NCBI GenBank assembly: GCA_905331295.1
Contig: CAJNYD010000209.1
Location: forward strand, 1 to 64,000
Direction: 5' to 3'
DNA: 64,000 bases
Source: Rotaria socialis
Lineage: Eukaryota
Positions 16,192-26,821 of this stretch are shown piece by piece; the stretch's first letter is position 1, and each line of letters starts with the position of its first letter. Made by a program: the position numbers and the translations under genes. The notes beneath the pieces were generated by a model. It was not told the DNA's origin. It searched no databases and was given only the letters and a program-made list of their open reading frames with translations.

Positions 16192-17501
16192 ACGGGTGCG
16201 GCAGAATAAATGGCCCTCTAAGTATTTGGTGACATCTCTTCGGATTTCTATCCGATTGGACTAATTTTAAAAAAGAAAACACGGTCTCAGGCTCTACAAA
16301 ACTAGTCACTTTATCTGTGAATTCATAATACATTTACGTTTTAATATAATGAAAAGTAAAGATCTCCAAAATATTGTACTTTCAAAGTACCAGAATGGTG
16401 ATACTCCAACAAAAAATTTTCGTGATTTAAATGGTGGAATCGGTTTAATAACAATCAAACGATGGTGCCAAATGATCCTTCAGTCGGGCTCTATCACACT
16501 ATCAAGTCCACCAGGTTGTTAACGTTTGGCCAGAACGAAAGAAAATATTCAAACAGTAAAAAATCGTTTACGCCGAAAAAAAAAGAGTATCAGCTCGAAA
16601 ACTTTCAATGGAGCTCGATATTTCCGAAAGAAGTGTTCGGCGAATATTGAAAAACGATTTAGGGCTGCATTCCTATAAAAAAAAAGTTGTCGAACCATTA
16701 CTTTCTGATGATCAAAAGATCAAACGGGAAAAGTTTGCAAACTGGATTCGAACAAATTTTCGAAAAGAAGAAAGCATGAGGATTCTTTTTTCGGATGAGA
16801 AGTTTTTTGACATCGATGGTGTGTATAACTCTCAAAATGATCGAGTGTGGGCAATTGATCGTGCTGATGCCGATAAAAATGGTGTCATTAAGCAAAAACG
16901 AAAGTTCCCACAGAAAGTAATGGTTTGGTTGAGTGCCTGTTCCAAGGTTGTAACCCCCTTGGTGATCCTGGATGAAGGAACAGTCGATCATGCTGTTTAT
17001 ATCGAAAAAGTGCTTCCTGTTGCATTAAAATATGGGAATCAAGTTTTCGGTAGCGACTGGGTCTTTCAACAGGATGGCGCCAAGCCTCACTCGCATCATT
17101 TGACACAGCAATGGTGTCGAGACAACTTCCCATCATTTATTATCAAAGATCGTTGGCCTCCAAATAGCCCTGATTTGAGTCCTTTGGACTATTCAATTTG
17201 GGATGAACTTGTCAATACTATCAATTGGAACAAAGTTCAGTCAGAAACAACATTGATTCAACAAATAAAATCATCATTTAAAACATTCGTGAATCAGTTG
17301 TTTTTGAAAGTTGTGCTAGCTTTACCAATCGATTGTATCGTCTTTGTCAAAACGATGGAAACTATTTGCGCTAATAAAAACAATCCAGTTTTGTAGAGCT
17401 TTAGAGCGCGAATCTTTTGAAAAAAAATTAGCCTCACCAAATGAAAAGTGAAAGAGATATTATCAAAATACTGAGAGGGCCATTTATTCTGCCGCACCCA
17501 T
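16192..17501 (+). mobile_element. Full-length Tc1/mariner-superfamily DNA transposon, DD37D (maT-like), TA TSD
   Basis: TIRs A(C/T)GGGTGCGGCAGAATAAATGGCCCTCT at 16192 and inverted ending at 17501, with TA at 16190-16191 and 17502-17503. Internal transposase. Confidence 0.92.
16349..17396 (+). pseudogene. DD37D transposase, disrupted (in-frame TAA near 16520 plus frameshift before the catalytic ORF)
   Basis: MKSKDLQNIVLSKYQNGD...IKRWC (HTH) then stop and frameshift. Catalytic domain FSDEKFF ... FQQDGAKPH-(37 aa)-D in WPPNSPDLSPLDYSIW. Confidence 0.88.
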
Positions 17502-17711
17502 TAGATAACAACTTTATCTCATTTGATCATATTGAACTTGAATTTCAATTGATTATTGCTACATACCTAAATAGAGAAAATATTGAAGTCATTTAATCAG
17601 ATTGCAATTACCTTTCTAATAATAATTCTGATGTATCAAAATAGATAAAAGATTAATCATCTTTTATAATTTACCAATTATTATTGAATTGATTTATCGC
17701 GGCACACCTAC

Positions 17712-18047
17712 ACAGGTTCATGAATCCGACAATGCGATCTGATGGGACCCGGTCAGACCCCACAGCATTTTAATCGGATCTCATCGGATTTCATAACTAT
17801 CCAATAGGAATACTCCGGATGCCCGAGTTGAGGAATCTGACTCGGATCCCCAGGGTGGGAATGGATGATGACAAATTCGGATTCCTTGACATCGATAACC
17901 TATTCGAAACTTTCTCCAGAATTGAGAGTGGAGTTGAAATAAAAACTCTCAATTTGAAGCCTTTGAATTTCGGATGGACCCAATTTCAGACCAATCAGAG
18001 TTCGGATTGAAAAAATGATGACGGATTAGGATTCATGGACCTCGATA
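17712..18047. mobile_element. Degenerate MITE-like element rich in CGGAT/ATCCG motifs
   Basis: Imperfect inverted ends CAGGTTCATGAATCC / GGATTCATGGACCTC. A partial duplicate of the right end lies at ~17879-17905. Confidence 0.4.
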
Positions 18048-18569
18048 ACCTATTTCAGATTTACATTAGTTTAATCACGTTCAGAAAATATCGCATCATG
18101 GTTTAAGCCGAACCAATTTCGAAAAATGGTTCAGCATAAAAAATGGCGCAACAAAGAACCCTTTCAAACATCTGGAACTATGCGTGATCTGAAATGGTTC
18201 TTTAAAGTCGCTAGAACCTTTGATGGTTTAATACTAAACGCATAAAACCTTAAAAGATTAAATATCTTCGCTAGAACCAATATTGAGTCCAAATGTTTAA
18301 GTATGACAGCATTTCTTTGAGAGTACGAAATGTTTAAATTCTCGGGAAGCCTTTGGAATGTTCAATGCAAATTCGGACACCTACATTAGTTGACTGGGAC
18401 ACCATTTTCAATTAGCGTTTTCTAGGAAACCCATTTTTGATTTTTATGATCCCCTTTTGAAATTGGTTTTTTTCGGACACACTCGGAAACTGAAAATGGT
18501 ATCCGCGTGGGTGTCCGCACTCCTTTCGGTTTTCTCGGATACGGAATTGTTTTAGAGTGTACTGCACCA

Positions 18570-21500
18570 CTTTTGCACCGTGATGCTCCATGAGCGGACG
18601 CACCTGCAACGCTTTTTCCAAAACACCAACACATATGAACAGAAGCACGATGATGCATGTCCCACGGCCATGTTATGCTGGATCAGCTGATCGAGTCGCA
18701 ACCTTTCATTGAAAGTCAGCAAATGAGGTGGTCACAAGTATTATGATGAGTGTTCTTTTTCGTTCGATGTTGGATCAGCTGATGCATTCGCAACTATTGT
18801 TGGCAACTGAGGAAAAGTAGTGAACAGGAACATGATGATCAATGTTCGTCTGCCATGTAATACTCGATGAGCCCACTCAGTCGACACGTTCGCTTCAAAG
18901 TCAGAAAAAGACATGTTCAGAAGTATGCTGATGAGTGTTCCTTTTTCGTGTGATGTTCGACCAACTAATCGAGTGCCAAGGTTCACTTAAAAATCAGCAA
19001 AATAGGTGATGAAAAGGATCGTAATCAATCTTCCTTTTTCATGCAATGTTCGATCAATTGATCGAGAAGCAACGTTCGCTTGAAAGTCAGGAAAAGACAT
19101 GATCAGCAGTATGTTGATGAATCTTCCTTTTTCGTGTGATGTTGGAAAAGCTGATCAAGTCTCAAGATTCCCTTTTAGATCAGCATCAGAGATGACAAAA
19201 ATTATGCTGGAAAATGTTCCTTTTTCGTGCGATATTTGGTCAGCCGATCGAGTCGCAACATTCCCTGCACAGTCAGCAAAAGAAGTAATCACAAGGATCG
19301 TCATAAATCTACCATTTTGACGTGATGTTATATCAGCTGATCCAATCGCCACATTCCCTTGAAAGTCAGTAAAGCACGTGATTAGAAGTCTGCTGATAAA
19401 TGTTCCTTTTCCGTGTGATGCTGCATCAGCTGATCGATTGGCGACCTTTGCTTCAAAATTCAGCAACGCAGCTGATCAGATATTTGTTGATGAATGTTCC
19501 TTTTTCGTGTGACGCTGAACCACCTGATCAAGTCACAACATTTGCTTGATCGCCAGGAACACAGGTGATCACGACTATGCTGATAAATGTTCCTTTTCCG
19601 GCCCATTTGCGATCAGGTTACTGAGTCGCAGCGATTGCTCGCCATTGAGGAAAAGTAGTGAACACGAGTATGATGATGTATGTTCGACTTCCATGTGATG
19701 TTTGATGAGTACACTCAGTCGCAGCGCTCGCTTCAAAGTCAACGAAAGAGGTCATCAGGAGTATGCTGACGGATGTTACTTTTTCGTGCGATGATCGATG
19801 AGCCCATTGAGTTCAAACGTACGCACGACAGTCACCAACACAGGTGATGTGAAGTATCGTGATGAATGTTCCATTTACGTGTGGTGTTGGATCAGCTGAT
19901 CGACTCGCAACGTTCCCTCGAACATCCGCAACAAAGGTGATCAGAATGATCGTAATGAATATTCCATTTTAATGTTAGGTTGAATCAGTTGATCGACTCG
20001 CAACGACTACTCGTAATTGAAGAAAAATGTTGAACAGGAGTATGATAATGAATTTTCCTCTACCATGCCATGCTCGATGAGCGCACTCAGACGCAACGTA
20101 CACTTGGAAGTCAGCGAATGAGGTGGTCCCAAGCATGATGATGAATATTTCTTTTCCGTGTGATGCTGGATCACCTGATCGATTGTCAACAGTTGCTTCA
20201 AAAAGAGCGAAAGGCGTGATCAGAAGTATGCTGATGAATGTTCCTTTTTCGTGTGATGTTCAATCAGCTGATCGAGTCCCAGCCTTCGCTTCAGAGTCAC
20301 CAAATGAGGTGGTCTGAAATATGATGATGAATATTCCTTTTTCCTGTGATGCTCGATCAGCTGATCGAGTCGCAACTTTCGCTTCGAAGTCAGCAAAAGG
20401 AGGTGATCACAAGTATCTTGATGAACCTTCCTTTTTCGTGTGATGTTGGATCAGCTGATCGAGTCGATACTTTAGCTTCAAACTCAAGAATAGAGGCGAT
20501 CAGGCGGATCGTAATCAATCTTCCTTTTTCATCTGATGCTGGATCAGCTGAACGAGTCGGAACGTTCCATTTCGAGTGAGCAAAACAGGTGATCAGAAGC
20601 ATGATAATGAGTGTTCCTTGTTCGTGTGATGTTGGATCAGCTGATCAAGCCGCAACGTTCGCTTGTAACTCAGCAAATGAGTTGGTGAGAAGTATCTTGA
20701 TGAATGTTCCATTTACGTGCGATGTTGCATCAGCTGATAGAATCCCTATGGTCGCTTGAAAGTCGGCAAACTAGGTGACCAGCATCATGCTGATGACTGT
20801 TCCTTTTTTGCCTAAACTTGGATCAAGTGATTGTCTCAACGCTCGCATAAAAGTCAGCAAAAGCGGTGATCTGAAGGATCATAATGAATTTTCCTTTTTC
20901 ATGTGATATCGCATGCGCTGATTCCATCACAAGATTCGCTTAAAAGCCGGAAACTAGGCGACCAGCACCATTCTGATGACTGTTCCTTTTTCATCCGATG
21001 TTGGATTAGCTGATAGTGCCGCAACATAAGCTTCCAAATCAGCAAAAGAGGTAATCAAAAGGATCGTACTCAATCTTCCTTGTACATGTGATATGGGATC
21101 AGCTAATTAAGTCGCAACATTGCCTTAAAAGTTACCAAAAGAGGTGGTGATAAGCATGGTGATGAACCTTCAGTTCTCGTGTAATGTGGGGCGAGCTGAT
21201 CGAGTCACAAAGTTTGCTTCGCAGCGGCAGAACTGTTAAACAGAAGGCTCTTAATGAGTGCTCAATTATAATGTGATATATGATCAGGTGATCGTGTCGG
21301 AAAGTTTGATTGAAAGTCTGTAAAATAGGTGATGGGAGAAGTGATGATGAATGTTGCTTTTTCATGAAATGTTGGATCAGATGATAACGTCCCACGTATG
21401 CTTTGAAGTTACATAACATTTAAACAGGAGGATCTTAGTTTTTGTTCAATTATAATGTGATACTAGATAAGTTGATCGACTCGTAACGTTCACTTGAAAG

Positions 21501-24500
21501 TCAGCAAAGAGGTGATCAAAAGTATGATAACGAATGTTCCTTTTTACTGTGATACTCGACAGCTGATCGATTCGCAACGTTCGACTTAAAGTCAGCATAA
21601 AACGTGATCAGAAATTTGCTCCGGAAGCTTCCTTCACCGTGTGATGTTTCACCAGCTGATTCAGTGTCAATCTTCGCCTGGAAGCCAGAAAACACAGGAT
21701 TAAAAGTCTGCTCATGAATGTTTATTTTTTGTGTGATATTGAATCTGTTGATCGGGTCTCAACCTACCATTGAATGTCAACAAAAGGCGTGATCAGAATT
21801 GTCGTGGCAAATATACCTGTTTCCTATCATCCTGGATCAGCTGATCGAGTGACAACTTTCTCTTGAAAGTCAGCGAAAGACGTGATCAGAAGTATCGTGA
21901 TGAATATTCCTTTTTCGTGTGATAATTTGTCAGCCGGCTGAGTCGCAATGCTCCCTTCAAAGTTAGCAAAGCACGTGATCGGAAGGGTGATGATGAATAT
22001 TCCTTTTACGTGTGATCCTGGATGAGCTGATCGAGTCGGAACGTTGGTTTGAACGTCAGGAAAATACCTAATCAGATCTATGCTTAAGAATGTTCGTTTT
22101 TTGTCTGATCTTTAATCTGCTAAGCGAGCGGCAACGTTCGATTGAACGCGAGCAACAGAGGTTATCAGAAGTTTATTTATCAATGTTCATTTTTGGTGCG
22201 ATGTTGGATCAGCTGATCGAATTTCAGCTTTCAGCTGAAAGTGAAGAAAAGACGTGAAGAGAAGTGTCGTGATGAATGTACCGTTTTCTTGTGATGGTTG
22301 ATGATGTAATCAAGTCGCAATGTCAGCTTGAAACTCCAGAAAAGAGGAGAGCAGAAGCCTGATGATGAATGCTCTTTTTACGTGTGATGCTGAAGCGCCT
22401 GATCCAGTCGGAACGTTGCTTTCAAAGTCATGAAAACACGCGATCAAAAGTATATTCGTAAATGTTCGTTTTTTCTCTGATACTGTATCAGCTGCTTGAG
22501 TCCCAAGGTTCCCTTGAAAGTCAGCGTAAAAAATGATCACAACGATCGTAAAGAGTATTCCTTTTTCTTATGATACTGGATTAGCTGATCGAGTCGCAAC
22601 GTTCTCTTGAAAGTCAGCGTACAGCTTGATGACAAGGATCGTAATGAATTTTCTTTTTTCATGTGATGTTTGAATAGCTGATAAGCAGCAGAGGTCGCTT
22701 GCAAGTGAGGGAAAGAGGCGAGGAGAAGTATGCTAATGAATATTCCTCTCCCATGTGATGTTGGATTAGCTGGTGGAGTCGCAATATTCGCTTTTTAGTC
22801 AGCAATACAGATGATCATAAGGATCATAACGAATCTTCCATCTTCATGTGATGTTGGATCAGCTGATTGAGTCGTAGCATCCCCTTCGACGTGAACTAAA
22901 GAGCTGAGCAAATCTATGCTGATGAATCTTCCTTTTTCGTGTGATGTGGTATTCGGTGAACAAGTCGCAAAGTCTGCTTTGAAGCGTTAAAACAGTTGCA
23001 GAGAAGCTTGTTAATTATTGTTCCATTTTAATGTGGCGTTGGATCGCCTGGTGGAGTTGCAACGTACATTTCTGTATCAGGAAAAGTCGTGATCAGAAGT
23101 ATGCTGATGAATGTTCCTTTTTCGTGTGATGTTCAATCAGCTGATCGAGTCCCAGCCTTCGCCTCAAAGTCACCAAATTAGGTGGTCAGAAATATGATGA
23201 TGAATATTCTTTTTCCGTGTGATGCTCGATCAGCTGATCGGTTGGCAACGTTCTCTTCAAAGTCAGCAAAAGAATTGATCGCAACTATATTGGTGAACCC
23301 TCATTTTTCCTGTGATCCTCGATCAGCTGACCGAGGCGGCGCGTTCGCTTCAAAGTCAAGAAAAGAGTTGATCAGAAGGATTTTTATGAAAGCTCGTTTT
23401 TTATGTGATGTTGGATAAGGTGATTGAGTGGCAACGTTCGCTTGAAAGTCAGTAAAAGACGTGACCTGAAGTTTGATGATATATGTTTGTTTTCCCTGTG
23501 ATGCTGGATCAGGCGATCGATTCCGTACGTTCACTTGAAAGTCAGCTACAGACATGATTAGAAGTATCGTAATGAATGTTCCTTTTTCATCTGATGTTGG
23601 AGGAGGTGGCCGATTAGCAATGCTCCATTCGAACGGGCAAAGCAGTTGAACTGAAGGATTATAACGAATGTTCCTTTCCCATGTGATCTTGGATCAGCTG
23701 GCTGAGCCGAAACGGTCGCTTGAAAGTGATGAATAGGGGTGATATGAAGCGTGCTGATGAATTTCCCATTGTCGTGTGATGCTGGATCAGGTAGTCGAGC
23801 CTTAACATTCGCTTGAAAGTCAGCAGAATCTGTGATCCGAAGTATGCTGATGGACGTTTTTGCGTCGTGTGATGCTGGATCAGCTTATGGAGTGGCGAAT
23901 TTTATTGGGAAGTCAGCAATAGAGGTGATCTGAAATATACTGAGGGATATTCCTTGGTCGTGCGATGCTGTTCAGTTGATGGAGCCGCGATATTCGCTTG
24001 GAACTCAGGAAAATAGATGATCGGTAGTATGGTGGCGAGTGTTCTTTTTTCGTGTGCTGCTTGATCAGCTAATCGAGTCAAAACGTTTGATTGAAGCTCA
24101 GCAGAAGGGATGTTCAGATGTATGATGGTGAATTTTCTGTTTTCTTTCGATGTTGAATCCATTGGTGAAGTCGCAACATTGGGTTGGAAGTCAGCAAAAG
24201 AGTTGAATAGAAGTTTGCTCATGAATGTTGCTTTTTCATGTAATGCTGGATGAGGTGATCGGGTCGCAACGCTGGCTTCCAAATCAGCAAAAGAGTTGAT
24301 TAGAAGTATGCTCATCAATGTTGCTTTTTCACGTAATGCTGCAGCAGGTGATCCAGTCGCAACGTTCGGCTGAAAGTCAGTGAAGGAGGTGATGAGAAGT
24401 ATGTTGATGTAGCTTCCGTTTTTGTGTGGTGTTTGGTCAGTTGACCGAGTGGTAAACCTTCCTTCGAAGCGTCGCAACAATAAAACAGAAGGGTTTTAAT

Positions 24501-26440
24501 GAATGTTCCTTTTTTATCTAATTTTTGATCTGCCAATTGAGTCGTCTCGTGTCATTCGAAGCGCTGAAGCAATTGAACAAAAGAATTTTAACGAATTTTC
24601 CTTTTTCATCTGATTTTAGATTAGCTGATCAAGCCGCGATGTTTGGTTGAAAGTCAGTAAAAAAGTTGATCAGAAGTATGCTGATAAAAGTTCCTTTATC
24701 ATGTAATGCTCGATCAGCTGATCAGACCGAAGCCTGCGCTTGTATATGAGGGATGAAGGTGGCCAGCAGTATGATCAAGAATGTTCCATTTTCATTTGAT
24801 GATTGATGAGCTGATCAAGTCGCAGCTTTTGCTTGAAAGTCACGTAAAGAGGTAGTCAGAAGTATGATCATGAATGTTCCTTTTTCGTGTGATATGTGCT
24901 GAGCTGATCGGGTCCCAACGTTCGCTTGAAAGTGAGAAAAAGAGGTGATGGGAAGTTTGCTGATGATTGTTCCTTACTCATGTGATGTTGGCTCAGCTGA
25001 GAGAGTCGGAACGTTCGCTTGAATGTCAGTACGAGAAGTGATCAAAAGTATGCTGATTAGTGTTCTTTTTTCATATGATATTGGATCAGCTCATCGAGTC
25101 GCAATGTTCGCTTGAAAGTCAGTAAAAGACGTGATGATATGTATGCTGATGGATGTTCCTTTTTCATGGGATGTGGATCAGATGATCGAGTCGCAACGTT
25201 CTTGGGAATATCAGTAGAAGATGTGATCAGAAGTGTGCTGATTAATGTTCTGTTTTCATGTGATGTTGGATTAACTGATTGAGTGGCAGCATTCACTTGA
25301 AAGTCAAGAAAAGGCGTGAAGAGAAGTATCGTGAGGAATCTTCCTTTTTCATTTGATATGGATCCGGTGGTGTAGGTGCAAGGTTTCCTTCGAAGTGGCA
25401 AAGCAGTTGAACTGAATGATTATAATGAATGTTCGTTTTTCATCTGATGTTGGAGGAGGTGGTCGAGTCGCAACGCTCCCTTCGAAGCGGTAAAACAGTT
25501 AAACTGACGGATTTTAATGATTGTTCCTTTTTCACCTGGTCTTGGATCAGGGAATCAAGGCGTAAAGTTAGCTTGAAAGTTAGTAAAAGAGGTGGTCAGA
25601 AGTATGATCATGAATGCCCCTTTTTCATGTGATGTTGGATCAGCTGATTTAGTCGCAAGGTTTGTTTAAAGTCAGAAAAAGAGGTGATCAGAAGGATCGT
25701 AGTGAATCTGCCTTTTTCATGTGATGTTGTATCAGGGTATCAAGTCGCAACGTTTGCTTGAATTACAGGAAAATAGGTGATCAGAAGGATCGTAATGAAA
25801 CTTTGTTTCTAATGTGATGTGCGATTGCCTGTCCGCAACGGAGCGTTTGGTGCGACGTTAGTGAAATAGGTGAACGGAAGTATGGTGACGTATGTTCGTT
25901 TTTTGTTTAATGTTGGGTGAACCGATCGAGTGGTAATGTTTGCTTTGAAGGAGGCGAAACAAGTAAACAGAAGTGTGATGATGGATGATCTTTTTGCATG
26001 GGATCTTCGATGAGATGACTGAGTCGATAGGTTTGGTTTGGCGTGAGTAAAGCGTGGGAATAGAGTTTTGACGATAAATGTTTGTTTGGCATGCCATGTT
26101 CAATGGCCGACGATGTCGGAAGCTTTGCTTGGAAGTGAGCAAAAGTGGTGATCTGAAGTATAATGTTGAATGTTCTTTTGCCATGTGACATTGGTAGAGC
26201 TGACCGATTCGTCATAGTTGCTTCGACATCAGGAAAATTGAAGATTAGTTGTTTGTTGATGATTGTTCCTTCGCCAGGTTATGTTGGATAAGGTGACGGG
26301 ATCGGAACGTTTTGCTTTGAATCAAAGAAATACGAATACCATAGCGTCTGTTCAGGAATGGCCCTTTGCCGTATGACGCTCGATGTGCTGACTGTGTTTC
26401 GAAGCTTCTGTCGGAGTGAACAAAAAGAGTGAACCGGATA
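18570..26440. repeat. Tandem array (~85 copies) of a diverged 93-bp monomer
   Basis: Consensus ~GATGAATGTTCCTTTTTCGTGTGATGTTGGATCAGCTGATCGAGTCGCAACGTTCGCTTGAAAGTCAGCAAAAGAGGTGATCAGAAGTATGCT. TTCCTT anchors at 20241, 20334, 20428, 20521 and 20614 give 93-94 bp spacing. Confidence 0.95.
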
Positions 26441-26632
26441 TGGGTGTGATACAAGTGAGCAGAAGAATCACACCCACACGCACCCAAAGATTAAAATGCA
26501 TTGATTACTTTGTCTTCGTTTCTTTGATTTAGCTTTTTATTGCACCTGTAGTGATAACCGTGGGAGTAAATTCAATCCAATCATTATTCGCTTTCTTTTT
26601 TTCTGAATTTGCAAATGGATCATTACGATACC

Positions 26633-26694
26633 TACCCATGTAGCCGATAATGTAAAATAGTGGACATTATTTTCTATTATCGGCTACATGGGTA
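26633..26694. mobile_element. 62-bp mini inverted-repeat element (TA-CCC...GGG-TA)
   Basis: Perfect 19-bp inverted repeat TACCCATGTAGCCGATAAT / ATTATCGGCTACATGGGTA around a 24-bp spacer. Confidence 0.6.
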
Positions 26695-26821
26695 ATACAG
26701 AATTCGGGAGATGAAATCATTCAAAGTCAATTTTGAGCAGGCTAGACAGGTTAGCCTGGCCTCGTCTGGTGGCTTGGTCGTTATTTGCCTGGCCTAGCAG
26801 GTGGCCAGGTTGGCACCTCTG

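Noticed and set aside
18570..26440. Hammerhead ribozyme in the satellite monomer (CTGATGA ... GAAA both present)
   Set aside because: I could not form stem II directly against GAAA, nor stem III with a correctly placed UH site. The topology does not fit. An Infernal or RNAMotif scan would settle it.
18570..26440. CRISPR-like array or real protein-coding ORFs in the satellite
   Set aside because: There are no unique spacers (the whole monomer repeats), no cas genes, and the context is eukaryotic. The ORF-track ORFs are short and broken by stops and frameshifts.
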